Counted from the stretch's first letter, positions 9,939-20,682 are shown. The stretch is 54,850 bases of DNA from Gammaproteobacteria bacterium (GCA_050633765.1 JBOEHC010000081.1:639-55488); one strand, 5' to 3'. Notes: generated from the letters alone by a model not told the origin. A program made the numbers and translations.

Positions 9939-11117
9939 TTAAATCGCTGGCTGTAAGGCATAGCCCCTTAGGCTTTGTGCAAAATCTTCTAGTACTTTAA
10001 TTCCGGTTGCTTCGGCTTCTTTACACCATTCAATAATGGCTTGAATCATGCGTTCGTGACTGGCGTGGGTTTCACTCCAAAGATCCTGTAACTTGCGGCG
10101 CATTTCATAAACAGTGTGTAAAGCATCACTATTTTGCAAAAGCTCTGTTAAGTGTTCACGATGCGAAGGTTTCATACGACTATCTTCACGTACTAATGCT
10201 GTGCGCATTTGACTAACCAGTTTGTGGTAGCGGCCTTCAAAATTAGGTAATTCAGCATTAAACGTAGGCAAAGTAACCTTTTGTGCATATTCCGCCATGA
10301 TGTGTAACTGACTCGTCACCATGGCTTTAGCTGTTTCAAGATCAATAATTTCTTTATTCAATAATCGTGTCGGTTGTGGCGCTCGTCTGCGTACTTTTGC
10401 TAATCCGATTAGGCTCAACAATTGTATATAAACCCAACCGATATCCAATTCCCACCACTTGCTAGAAAATTTTGCAGAGCTTGGATAAGCATGATGGTTG
10501 TTATGTAATTCTTCGCCACCAATGATAATGCCTAGAAAAGTGATATTGGTTGACCCATCTTCAGTTTCGAAATTTCGATAACCCCAATAATGGCCAATTC
10601 CGTTGATAACGCCGGCCGCATGTAATGGAATCCAAATCATTTGCACTGCCCAAATGGTAATGCCAAGCGGGCCAAAAAATAAAACATTCAATATAAAACT
10701 AAGACTTATCCCTAACGCACTATGTCGTGAGTATACTTTCCGCTCTATCCAGTCATTAGGCGTGCCATGACTGTACTTTTTTAATGTCTCTAAATTATTT
10801 GCTTCTTCTTGATATAGTTCAGCACCTTGCCAAAATACTTTTGCAATTCCTTTAGTATGAGGACTATGCGGATCATCTTCAGTTTCTGTTTTTGCATGAT
10901 GCTTACGATGGATTGCTACCCATTCCTTAGTGATCATACCGGTAGTAGCCCATAGCCAAAAACGGAAAAAATGTGCAACGATTGGATGTAATTCTAATGC
11001 GCAATGCGCTTGGCAACGATGTAAATATAAGGTAACAGCGGCAATGGTAATGTGGGTGAGAATAAGTGCGACAACAATGTAGCCCCACCATGGCAAAGTA
11101 ACTAATCCATTAAACAT
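9939..11117 (-). CDS. Membrane acyl-lipid/acyl-CoA delta-9 fatty-acid desaturase (DesA-like)
   Basis: 392 aa. N-terminal TM helices and the histidine boxes HRKHH, DPHSP and HNNHH of the stearoyl-CoA desaturase family. Length is similar to Pseudomonas DesA. Confidence 0.8.
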   Translation of the reverse strand: MFNGLVTLPWWGYIVVALILTHITIAAVTLYLHRCQAHCALELHPIVAHFFRFWLWATTGMITKEWVAIHRKHHAKTETEDDPHSPHTKGIAKVFWQGAELYQEEANNLETLKKYSHGTPNDWIERKVYSRHSALGISLSFILNVLFFGPLGITIWAVQMIWIPLHAAGVINGIGHYWGYRNFETEDGSTNITFLGIIIGGEELHNNHHAYPSSAKFSSKWWELDIGWVYIQLLSLIGLAKVRRRAPQPTRLLNKEIIDLETAKAMVTSQLHIMAEYAQKVTLPTFNAELPNFEGRYHKLVSQMRTALVREDSRMKPSHREHLTELLQNSDALHTVYEMRRKLQDLWSETHASHERMIQAIIEWCKEAEATGIKVLEDFAQSLRGYALQPAI

Positions 11118-11457
11118 ATGCTAAATCCTAGTTAATTATTGTTATTATTTTATGGCTAAATACAGCGTCCTTGCTATATAGATAATACGGCCAGTTAACG
11201 ATTAAGTGAAGGCCCATGTGATTACTGGTGCGCGCCAATAGATATCTGACCTAAGCCAATATTGGGCATAAGCTATAGAATCTGTAAGTTGCTGATTTAA
11301 TGCAGGCAATGAGTTTTTACGTAATAATAAAAAAACAAAACTTGTATAATTCAGTAATCACTTGATTAAATTATGTATTGAACATAACTTAATTTTATAA
11401 TCCGCACATCTATAAAACCTACATGCATCTTCAATTCCGCTTAAGAACAAAAATCCT

Positions 11458-12399
11458 ATGACGCAAGAAACATTGCTGTCAGTAAATGGTCTCTCGCGCA
11501 GCTTTGATGATCATCAGGCCATTGCAGATATCAATTTTGAAATCCAACGCGGTGAAGTCGTCGCATTATTAGGTGCAAATGGAGCTGGCAAATCCACTAC
11601 ACTGAATATCATCACTGGGAATTTAGCTGCAAATAGTGGCGAAGTTCATATTTGCAATCACAATATTGCCACCCACCCATGTAAGGCTAAAAATAATCTA
11701 GGCTACTTACCCGATACACCACCACTATACCCTGAGCTCACAGTAAAAGAATACTTACTCTTTGCCGCTCGTATACATGGTGTGAAAAAACAAAATGTTA
11801 TTGATTATGTAAATCGTGCATTAGAAGTTTGTGGCTTACAAACCGTTGAAAAAAAACTTATTGCTAATTTATCTAAAGGTTATAAGCAACGCACAGGTAT
11901 TGCGCAGGCCATTATTCATCGCCCTGCATTAGTTATATTAGATGAACCCACAGTAGGTCTTGATCCTTTACAAATGCAGGACATCCGCACTTTATTAGAG
12001 GAGCTTTCAAATAATCACAGTGTATTGTTATCCACGCACTTACTCGCCGAAGCAGAGGCAACTTGTAATCGTGTGCTCATTATTGATCAGGGCTCTCTTT
12101 TACTTGATCAGACATTAGTAGAATTAAATCAAAGTCCTGCTAAGCGCGTAAAATTACGTTTTAATGGTAGCCCTACTATTGATGAACTAAAAGCAATTCC
12201 CGGCTGCGAATCAGTAAGCTGCTCTCAATATGGAAAATATATTTGTCGTTACACCGATATGCAGTTCATACAACAAGTGCAAATGCAATCACTAGAAAAC
12301 AATTGGCAGTTGTATGAAATAGGTTCCATTGGCAGTTCATTAGAACATATTTTTCTTGATCTAGTTATGCGCGACTCAGTCATTCCTCCCGCAACATAG
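11458..12399 (+). CDS. ABC transporter ATP-binding protein (ABC-2 / GldA-like)
   Basis: Walker A GANGAGKST, signature LSKGYKQR, Walker B LVILDEPTVGLD. Confidence 0.85.
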   Translation: MTQETLLSVNGLSRSFDDHQAIADINFEIQRGEVVALLGANGAGKSTTLNIITGNLAANSGEVHICNHNIATHPCKAKNNLGYLPDTPPLYPELTVKEYLLFAARIHGVKKQNVIDYVNRALEVCGLQTVEKKLIANLSKGYKQRTGIAQAIIHRPALVILDEPTVGLDPLQMQDIRTLLEELSNNHSVLLSTHLLAEAEATCNRVLIIDQGSLLLDQTLVELNQSPAKRVKLRFNGSPTIDELKAIPGCESVSCSQYGKYICRYTDMQFIQQVQMQSLENNWQLYEIGSIGSSLEHIFLDLVMRDSVIPPAT

Positions 12400-13166
12400 T
12401 GGCCACTAGATATATGATTTCTATAATTACAAAAAATGAATGTAAACGTATGTGGTATACACCTATTGCCTGGGTGTTATTTGCAGTTGCCTTATTTATT
12501 TTAGGTTTATTGCTACTCATTTTACTAAACAATTTTTACAATGATGTGCAAGCCAAACTTGCAGGCCTAGAACAAGCACCTGGACTAACTGATTTGGTCA
12601 TTGCGCCCTATATGTTTTGGGTGGCGATAGTCGGCATTTTATTAGTACCGCTTTTTGCCGTGCGCTGCGCTACAGAAGAACGTCACTTTGGCAGCAATCT
12701 GTTATTAAGTAGTGCGCCAATTAGCGCAACTCAAATTGTGCTCGGGAAATATATTGCCCTGTTATGGCTTACCTTGATCTACATATTAATAAGCAGTAGT
12801 TTTGCGCTAATACTCGGCTATTTCACGCCTATAGATTATGGCAAAATTGGCGCAGCTTGCCTGGCAGCATTTCTATTTATCGGTTCTTTCAATGCTGCTG
12901 CATTATTTATTGCCAACCTCACCCGCGTTCCGATAATCGCAACGGCGGGCATTATTGGTTTTCTATTGCTTATGGTCATGCTGCATTTGTCAGGCTCAGC
13001 AGCGGCAAGTAGCAGCGAGCTATTTCTTTATCTATCTAACATCCCACACTTAGCAAGTTTACTATCGGGCTCTATTGACACTACACATATTGCTTATTTT
13101 CTATTGTTCACGGTTTTATTTTTAACTCTTTGTGTGCGTCGACTAGCATTAAGTCGCTCTTTATAA
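12399..13166 (+). CDS. ABC-2 type transporter permease (GldF-like)
   Basis: 255-aa polytopic membrane protein directly coupled to the ATPase gene (TAG/GTG overlap). An alternative ATG lies at 12414. Confidence 0.6.
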   Translation: MATRYMISIITKNECKRMWYTPIAWVLFAVALFILGLLLLILLNNFYNDVQAKLAGLEQAPGLTDLVIAPYMFWVAIVGILLVPLFAVRCATEERHFGSNLLLSSAPISATQIVLGKYIALLWLTLIYILISSSFALILGYFTPIDYGKIGAACLAAFLFIGSFNAAALFIANLTRVPIIATAGIIGFLLLMVMLHLSGSAAASSSELFLYLSNIPHLASLLSGSIDTTHIAYFLLFTVLFLTLCVRRLALSRSL

Positions 13167-13183
13167 GTCATAAAATTTCTCAC

Positions 13184-14551
13184 ATGGACACTAGCAATTT
13201 GCAAAATCAAAGTCGCAAATGGTTTGGGCTAATACTATTACTATTAACAGTAGGCACTGGCTCTTGGTTGACACAAAACTATCATCGAGTATTCGACTGG
13301 ACACGAGACAGCCGCAATAGCTTGAGTGAAACGAGTCGTGATGTATTACAACAGGTAGACGGATCTTTATTAATTACTGTGCTGGCACGCAACGCGGCCA
13401 GCGAACGAAAAGTTGTGTTAAGACAAGTGGAAAAATATTCCTCTATTAAACCAGATATCGACTTTAAGTTTTTAGACATAGATAAAGAAATTTTACTTGC
13501 CAAAGAATTGCATTTAAATAATGCCAATCAAATGCGCCTTGACTACAACAGTCGCTTTGAAATCGTAGATAATATATCCGAACGTGAAATTACCAATGCA
13601 TTGCAACGTTTAACACGTCAACGTACGCCTTGGATAGCATTTTTAACTGGCCATGGAGAACGCGACCCTTTTGATGAAGAAAATCAAGGCTACAGCACGC
13701 TTAAGCAAACCTTAGAAACCAGTGGTGTACAAGTTCAAGACCTTAATCTATTTAAAACTACAATTATTCCAGACAATATTTCAGTACTAGTTATTGCTGC
13801 ACCACAAGCACAATTATTAGCAGGTGAAGAAAAACTCATTGTCGATTTCGTAGAAGCTGGCGGAAACTTGCTATGGCTTTCTGATCCTCAAGCCGCAGAT
13901 GCTACAGATAGCAAACCCCTGCCTTTATTAGCAAAGAAATTAGGACTTAGCTGGATTGGCGGTACCATCATTGATGCCAACCAAGAACTACGCTCTATAC
14001 TGGGTATCAAACATCCTGCCATCGTACCAGTAGTCGAATATCAGCAGCATGACATTACTACTAAACTAAAAAGCCAAACACTGTTTCCTTTTGCAAGTGG
14101 TATTGCCATAGCCACGCCTGAAAAATGGCAAGCTAAGCCTCTGTTCTACTCTTTACCTGGCGCATGGGCAGAAACCGGCTCACTTACCGGCAGCAGCGTA
14201 GAGTTCGATAGCACCAGCGGTGATACCAAAGGGCCATTATTAATCGCTGCCAGTTTATTGAGAAATATAGATAAAGACACACAACAACGCGTAGTGCTAA
14301 TTGGTGACAGTGACTTTGCTTCCAATATTTATATTGGCAATGGAGGAAATCTCACATTAATTGTAAGCGTTTTACAATGGCTAGCTCATGATGACCAACG
14401 TATTTCTTTGTTACCATATCAGCCGCCTGATGTTTCTGTTGAATTTAGTAACACGGCAATCATAACGCTAGCCGCAACCTATTTGCTTATCGTGCCATTA
14501 AGCGTGTTGCTTATAGGCATTTTTATCGGTATTCGACGACGGCGAGCTTAG
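13184..14551 (+). CDS. GldG-like ABC-transporter auxiliary protein
   Basis: N- and C-terminal TM anchors. The central IAFLTGHGERDP ... VLVIAAPQAQLLAGEEKLIVDFVEAGGNLLWLSDP pattern is typical of the GldG family. The start is set at the ATG at 13184; the track ORF begins at a TTG at 13130 inside the permease gene. Confidence 0.55.
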   Translation: MDTSNLQNQSRKWFGLILLLLTVGTGSWLTQNYHRVFDWTRDSRNSLSETSRDVLQQVDGSLLITVLARNAASERKVVLRQVEKYSSIKPDIDFKFLDIDKEILLAKELHLNNANQMRLDYNSRFEIVDNISEREITNALQRLTRQRTPWIAFLTGHGERDPFDEENQGYSTLKQTLETSGVQVQDLNLFKTTIIPDNISVLVIAAPQAQLLAGEEKLIVDFVEAGGNLLWLSDPQAADATDSKPLPLLAKKLGLSWIGGTIIDANQELRSILGIKHPAIVPVVEYQQHDITTKLKSQTLFPFASGIAIATPEKWQAKPLFYSLPGAWAETGSLTGSSVEFDSTSGDTKGPLLIAASLLRNIDKDTQQRVVLIGDSDFASNIYIGNGGNLTLIVSVLQWLAHDDQRISLLPYQPPDVSVEFSNTAIITLAATYLLIVPLSVLLIGIFIGIRRRRA

Positions 14552-14654
14552 TAGTGTATTACAGATATTCTAAACACTTTCTAATCGGCAAAATTAATCA
14601 TTAAATCAAATTTGCTTGCTAGCGTGACTCTTACAGTCGCGCTACAGTAGCCTA

Positions 14655-15671
14655 ATGAGCGACAATATTTCAAATTCCTCCACCGCACTTTCACCTCCTC
14701 TAGATATTGTGGTGTGTGAAGATGAAGCCTCCCTATCGGTACAACAACCGTTACTCACGCACCTTTATTTTGGTGACAGTGGTGATACTGATCATAACTA
14801 CCTATCTATTCAGACTGAACTAGAACTACTTGGCTCAAATTTATTCGCACAATACTGGTTTACTGACCAACAAGTCGATCGAGCAAGGTATAAAAATATT
14901 CAGTATGCACATACAGCGCAAATGATGTTCGGACTGATACAGTTACCCTGCTCTACAGACGAGAATTTTCAGGCTCTGACACATAAAGCCTATTGTGAAA
15001 TTTATGAGTGCTTACAAAATACTTCGTGCAAACATTTATTACGCACTTGGAATTTTTTTCCGCAGATAACAGAAGCAGACACGCAGCATAGTCAGCAAAA
15101 CCGTTATGAAGTTTTTTGTCATGGGCGATTACAAGCCATGCACGACAGCGGCATCAAAACTAAGGTTTATCCAGCAGCCACTGTTATCGGTAGCCATGAT
15201 AGTCACTTACAAATTTATTTTTTAGCCAGCGATACACCTGGAACGGCAGTAGAAAATCCTCGCCAAACTAGCGCTTACCACTACCCAGTTGATAATGACT
15301 ATACCCAGCCATTATTTTCGCGTGGACTTTTAAAAACCTGGGGTCAGCGCACACATTTCTATGTATCTGGAACTGCAAGCATTGTTGGTCACGAGACGTT
15401 ACATATTGACGATGTATGTGCACAGCTTAATGAGAGTATCAATAATGTAGAAACCTTAGTCGCACATGCTAATGACAAATACAGTACCCAGTTGAATGCC
15501 CAAGATGATTTGCTATATATGAAAGTTTATATTCGACATCGCGATGATGTCGAACAGATCAATCAAGTGCTCGCAGCTAGACTTTCCAGTAATACGCCGC
15601 GCGCATTGTTACTAGGTGATATGTGCAGAGAAAATCTTTTAGTTGAAATTGAAGCATTCTATCAAGCATAG
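14655..15671 (+). CDS. Chorismatase of the FkbO/Hyg5/XanB2 family (chorismate to hydroxybenzoate)
   Basis: 338 aa. The C-terminal YjgF/RidA-like fold is visible (FYVSGTASIVGHET; the terminal strand LLVEIEAFY resembles RidA IEIEAIA). The N-terminal extension fits remembered XanB2-type proteins. Not verified by search. Confidence 0.5.
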   Translation: MSDNISNSSTALSPPLDIVVCEDEASLSVQQPLLTHLYFGDSGDTDHNYLSIQTELELLGSNLFAQYWFTDQQVDRARYKNIQYAHTAQMMFGLIQLPCSTDENFQALTHKAYCEIYECLQNTSCKHLLRTWNFFPQITEADTQHSQQNRYEVFCHGRLQAMHDSGIKTKVYPAATVIGSHDSHLQIYFLASDTPGTAVENPRQTSAYHYPVDNDYTQPLFSRGLLKTWGQRTHFYVSGTASIVGHETLHIDDVCAQLNESINNVETLVAHANDKYSTQLNAQDDLLYMKVYIRHRDDVEQINQVLAARLSSNTPRALLLGDMCRENLLVEIEAFYQA

Positions 15672-15689
15672 CGATAAGCTTTCTTTAAC

Positions 15690-16502
15690 ATGCCTGAACT
15701 CCCGGAAGTTGAAACAACCCGTCGTGGTATTACTCCATATGTAAAAAAACAGCAAGTTACTGATGTCGTCATTCGACAAGCAAGTCTACGTTGGCCAGTG
15801 CCTCGCAACCTTAAACAAAAACTGCAAAACCAAACTATTAAAGAAGTTCGCCGTCGCGCCAAATATTTATTATTTGTTACCGAAGCGGGTTACATGATTA
15901 TCCACCTAGGCATGTCGGGTAGTTTGCGCATGGTAAACAACAACATGACGGCGAATAAACATGATCATGTAGATATAGTATTTAAGAAAAAAACCTTGCG
16001 TTACCATGACCCTAGGCGTTTCGGCTCAATACTGTGGACAAAAGATGATCCATTACAACACAAACTATTAATAAACCTTGGGCCAGAACCCTTGAGCGCA
16101 GAATTTACTGGCACACATTTACACAAGCTTGCAAAAACAAAAAAAGTAAACGTAAAAACTTTTATTATGAATAGCCAAATTGTTGTCGGAGTAGGCAATA
16201 TTTACGCAAGTGAATCATTATTTTTAAGCGGCATACATCCTCAACGAGCCGCAGGCCGAATTTCTCTAACACGTTATGAAAAACTAGCTGAAAATATAAA
16301 GCAGGTGCTCAGCGATGCAATTGAATTAGGCGGAACAACATTGCGCGATTTTGTACGAGAAGACGGCAATCCCGGCTACTTCGCAAATAAATTAAACGTT
16401 TATAACCAAACCGGTCAGCCTTGTCCGGTATGCAAAAATCCAATAAAAGTACGCACTATTAGTCAACGAAGCAGCTTCTTTTGTGTACAGTGTCAGCATT
16501 AA
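15690..16502 (+). CDS. mutM: Formamidopyrimidine-DNA glycosylase
   Basis: MPELPEVETTRRG catalytic N-terminus. C-terminal zinc finger CPVC...CVQC. 270 aa. Confidence 0.95.
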   Translation: MPELPEVETTRRGITPYVKKQQVTDVVIRQASLRWPVPRNLKQKLQNQTIKEVRRRAKYLLFVTEAGYMIIHLGMSGSLRMVNNNMTANKHDHVDIVFKKKTLRYHDPRRFGSILWTKDDPLQHKLLINLGPEPLSAEFTGTHLHKLAKTKKVNVKTFIMNSQIVVGVGNIYASESLFLSGIHPQRAAGRISLTRYEKLAENIKQVLSDAIELGGTTLRDFVREDGNPGYFANKLNVYNQTGQPCPVCKNPIKVRTISQRSSFFCVQCQH

Positions 16503-16518
16503 TTTAATTGTGTGCTGC

Positions 16519-17391
16519 ATGGAATCTACATTAAAAATACTATTAAGCAGCTTTTTTAAACTTACTGCTAAAATTTCACCCAAGTATGCAACCAAGCTAG
16601 CTTGGTCATTTTTTTGCAAACCGCGAAAACACAACAAGCCTCTCAGTGAACTTGAAAAAGACCTTTTGCAACAAGCCAAACAGTATTTCATTGATAGTGA
16701 TGAATATAAAATAGCGGTATATCAGTGGGATAATATTAATAAATCTACCGCTAAAACGGTTCTACTAACTCATGGATGGGGTGGCCATGCATTAAACTTT
16801 TCACATATCATCCAACGCTTAATCTTAGATGGATTTAATGTTATAGCTTATGATAGCCCAGCTCATGGTAACTCCTCCGGCCAGCAGACCACCTTGTTGT
16901 GTAACACTCAAGCCCTGCTATCGACCGTGCAACATGTTTCACCAATTAGCACATTAATTGGTCATTCATTTGGCTCGATGGCCAATGCATATGCCATAGA
17001 CTTAGCAAAAGAAACTACTCAACTTTCGAATGTTGAAAATATTGTGCTAATTGCAGGACCCAACAAACTTAGCGATATTTTTGCCTCATTCACTCAAGCG
17101 ATGCAATTACCTAACAGTGTATTAAATAATTTTTATCAAAAGGTAGAGGCGCTTACCCAGCGGAAAATTGAAACCATGAACACCGCTAGATTTTTACAGG
17201 ACTATAGTGGACAAGCTTTAGTGATACATGACCATAAAGACCGTGTAGTACCTTTTTCAGAAGCTAGATCTGTAGCAGAGGAAATTTCTAGTCGATTATT
17301 CTCGACCACAGGCTATGGACATGGAAGAATTCTGGCCAGTAAAGATGTGCTGAACGAAATCTCTGGACTTCTTCAAACCAACTATAATTAG
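16519..17391 (+). CDS. Alpha/beta hydrolase
   Basis: HGWGGH oxyanion region and the GHSFGS nucleophile elbow. The start is set at the ATG at 16519; the track ORF starts at a GTG at 16483 inside mutM. Confidence 0.7.
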   Translation: MESTLKILLSSFFKLTAKISPKYATKLAWSFFCKPRKHNKPLSELEKDLLQQAKQYFIDSDEYKIAVYQWDNINKSTAKTVLLTHGWGGHALNFSHIIQRLILDGFNVIAYDSPAHGNSSGQQTTLLCNTQALLSTVQHVSPISTLIGHSFGSMANAYAIDLAKETTQLSNVENIVLIAGPNKLSDIFASFTQAMQLPNSVLNNFYQKVEALTQRKIETMNTARFLQDYSGQALVIHDHKDRVVPFSEARSVAEEISSRLFSTTGYGHGRILASKDVLNEISGLLQTNYN

Positions 17392-17765
17392 CTTTTTTAG
17401 CAAGTCCAAATATAGTCCGTCGAAATGCTATTTTTGACCGACTGTCTACTCGAAGGTCACTCGTAGTTAAGATCCTGCCATGCATCATTATCCGCATGAG
17501 TAATTCTGTGAATCCGTTCAACATATGTCGCACAGCTATTTGTATTAACAACCTACACATCTCTCATACATACATGGATTTATCAGACAAGGAACGCTAC
17601 TCAATCAGCAAAGTGGGTGAAGACACCTTCATGCTTACTGATGCGGATACTTTGCAAACTTGGCAGATCGAAATTCTTCGTAACAAGTGTGATGAACACG
17701 AGAAAGAAGCATTAAGCAGAGCACTGAAACCAGAGTCATAAGGTAGTATCTCCGCAGCTTCAATC

Positions 17766-18371
17766 TTATGCTTGTGCTACAACTCTAGTAGCCAAATCCT
17801 CATACGAACAGTATCCAGCCACCAATACTGAGTAATTACCAAATTTTTCTGTCATTAACGTAGGGTAACTTTGTACTGCAAGTTGCTGACAAAGAACAAA
17901 ATCTTCTTCCAGTGCAATACTTACTTCACTACTCATTAAATCATCAGAAAAACGTTTAGTATCCAGCGCAAATTTTTCTGCGATATCGATCAGCACTGCT
18001 TGATTAGTCAAGTCTTTATTTTCTACATAGAAGGCCTGTTGCAAAGCGTGTAGATATTCAAATTCTTGTTGTGGTAATTGCTTGTTAAAAGCTTTAATCG
18101 CCAAACAAACTAAGCGAGTGTTATAAATAAATTCTTCCGGCATCGCAAAGCGGAAATCAAACGATTGCTCAGTTGTGTGGTGCACTTTCTGCCATTGGCC
18201 AAGAACATAGTTTCGCAACGCATCATCCATTGGCTGTGTCGTGTCTATGCGAAATGGGGTGAGAACCAAACGGATATTATCTACTTTATTTAATGCTTTT
18301 ATTTTTTGAATTACTGGTGAAAATCCCCAACACCAGGAACACATGGGACTCGCGAAATAAACTAACTGCAT
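17766..18371 (-). CDS. DsbA-family thioredoxin-fold protein (cytoplasmic type, CSWC motif)
   Basis: N-terminus MQLVYFASPMCSWCWGF with a CxxC motif and no signal peptide. 201 aa. Its ATG shares one nucleotide with the ggt stop (TAATG). Confidence 0.7.
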   Translation of the reverse strand: MQLVYFASPMCSWCWGFSPVIQKIKALNKVDNIRLVLTPFRIDTTQPMDDALRNYVLGQWQKVHHTTEQSFDFRFAMPEEFIYNTRLVCLAIKAFNKQLPQQEFEYLHALQQAFYVENKDLTNQAVLIDIAEKFALDTKRFSDDLMSSEVSIALEEDFVLCQQLAVQSYPTLMTEKFGNYSVLVAGYCSYEDLATRVVAQA

Positions 18372-20107
18372 TATTGACTGGTACCGAGCTTAGCCACGCC
18401 TATTCCTCTCGAATCACTTGCAGCCGTTACACTATTGGCCCGTTGGTCCCAAATTATAGTATGCATGTTTCCATAACTGCGCCCCAAGTCTTTTAATGCA
18501 TGACCTTTTGATGTTAAAGCATGCTGTGTGCTTACAGTGATTGCCCCAGGTTCAAATTGAACTTGGTCAGGTAGAAATTGATGATGAAAGCGCGGTAATT
18601 GAACCATTTCACTTGCACTCGCGCCTTCTGAAAATGCTAACGCAGATAACAACACCATGCTAATGATGCGACTACCACCCGGGGTGCCTAAAATAGCAGT
18701 ACGTTGACCATCATTTAGAAAGGTAGGCGACATGCTAGACAACATTCGTTTACCTGGTTGAATAGCATTCGCTTCACTACCCACCAGCCCCCACAAATTT
18801 GCGTGTCCAGGTTGTATAGCAAAGTCATCCATCTCATTATTTAATAACACTCCAGTACCTTCTGCCACAAATCCGGATCCAAAGTAGTAGTTAATGGAGA
18901 GTGTTGCAGCGACTTGATTCCCATGCTGGTCTAAAATCGAAAAGTGTGTGGTATTTTGCGCTTCTTCTTTTAGTGGTAAGGTGTTTAATATTTCCTCCTG
19001 AACATATTGTTGGCTCGGCGTAGCATGCTGCATACTAAAATCTGCAAAGCGTCTATTAGCATGCTCAGTAGACAACAGCTCCTCTACAGATACATCAACA
19101 AAATCGATATCGCCAAGATATTGCGCACGATCATGGTATGCGCGCCGCATCGCTTCGACAATTACATGCTTACGTTGAATCTCACTCATCGATTGCAAAT
19201 CAAATTGAGACAACATATTCAGTATTTGCAGCAAAACTATTCCGCCTGAAGAAGGCAAGGCAGCACTAACTATTTCAATATTTTTATAGCGACCGGTAAT
19301 AGCTTGGCGCTCAATAATTTGATAGTTTTCTAAATCTTCTTTCTGCCAGACACCACCAGCTTGTTGCACACTGGTTACTAACCGTTCTGCTGTGTCGCCA
19401 CGATAAAATCCATCTATACCGTTTTCACTCACACCTTCTAAAACTCGTGCAAGATCTGATTGTTTTAAAACAAACCCTGCTTGCGGTGCTTCACCGTTCT
19501 GTAAAAATATATTTGCTGATTGTGGAAAGCTTTTAAGACGTTCTGCCACTGCACTGGCACGTAAATTGTAAAACTCGCTCACTGCAAAACCATTACGCGC
19601 AAATGTAATGGCAGGTTTTAGTGAAGTCTGCAAAGGTAGTTGCCCATAATTTTCTGCTATATGTACAAGTGCAGCAGGGGTGCCGGGAATACCGGCCGCT
19701 AAAGGACCATTTACAGACTCTTTTGTCGTTTCGCCATTTTCATTAATGTACATATCACGCGTTGCGGCTAACGGTGCAACTTCTCGCCCATCGATCATTA
19801 CATCTCGATTGTTGTCAGCTAAATGCAATAACCAAAATCCACCACCACCTAATCCCGATGCATAAGGCTCGACTACTGCCAATACAGCCGTCACCGCAAC
19901 GGCTGCATCAAAAGCATTACCGCCCTGTTGTAATATTTCTATGCCCGCTTGGGTTGCAAGTGGATGCGCGCTGGCTACCGCAAATTTTTCAGGTTGTAAG
20001 CGGTTGGATGAATTGGCTAATGCGGATACATTTGATGAATCAGGGCTGCTGTTGCAAGCGAGTAATAAACATAATGTTACTAAAAATACCCAAATGATAT
20101 TACGCAT
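18371..20107 (-). CDS. ggt: Gamma-glutamyltransferase (lipoprotein precursor)
   Basis: 578 aa. Lipobox LLLAC. Autoprocessing/nucleophile region NTTHFSILD. GGGGF and PGGSRII motifs. Confidence 0.9.
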   Translation of the reverse strand: MRNIIWVFLVTLCLLLACNSSPDSSNVSALANSSNRLQPEKFAVASAHPLATQAGIEILQQGGNAFDAAVAVTAVLAVVEPYASGLGGGGFWLLHLADNNRDVMIDGREVAPLAATRDMYINENGETTKESVNGPLAAGIPGTPAALVHIAENYGQLPLQTSLKPAITFARNGFAVSEFYNLRASAVAERLKSFPQSANIFLQNGEAPQAGFVLKQSDLARVLEGVSENGIDGFYRGDTAERLVTSVQQAGGVWQKEDLENYQIIERQAITGRYKNIEIVSAALPSSGGIVLLQILNMLSQFDLQSMSEIQRKHVIVEAMRRAYHDRAQYLGDIDFVDVSVEELLSTEHANRRFADFSMQHATPSQQYVQEEILNTLPLKEEAQNTTHFSILDQHGNQVAATLSINYYFGSGFVAEGTGVLLNNEMDDFAIQPGHANLWGLVGSEANAIQPGKRMLSSMSPTFLNDGQRTAILGTPGGSRIISMVLLSALAFSEGASASEMVQLPRFHHQFLPDQVQFEPGAITVSTQHALTSKGHALKDLGRSYGNMHTIIWDQRANSVTAASDSRGIGVAKLGTSQ

Positions 20108-20140
20108 CAGTTAATAAAAAATATTTCTATGAAATTAAAA

Positions 20141-20635
<495 letters not shown>

Positions 20636-20682
20636 CTAATATGAATACTGCAAACAATGGCAATTAATTTGCCTACATTCTA

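Noticed and set aside
14622-14642. Hairpin GCGTGACT-cttac-AGTCGCGC between the GldG-like gene and the chorismatase gene
   Set aside because: It is an 8-bp stem with one G-U pair and no following U-tract. A single occurrence is not enough evidence for a terminator or a regulatory element.
17574-17741. 55-aa ORF (MDLSDKERYSISKVGEDTFML...) between the hydrolase and the DsbA-like gene
   Set aside because: It is the only ORF in a 374-nt convergent spacer, but it has no SD and no recognisable family. The longer 81-aa version (17496) starts in low-complexity sequence. I cannot support it as a gene.
19762-20097. 111-aa ORF antisense to ggt (and 19007..19249, 19680..19865)
   Set aside because: These are shadow ORFs with implausible composition and no translation signals.
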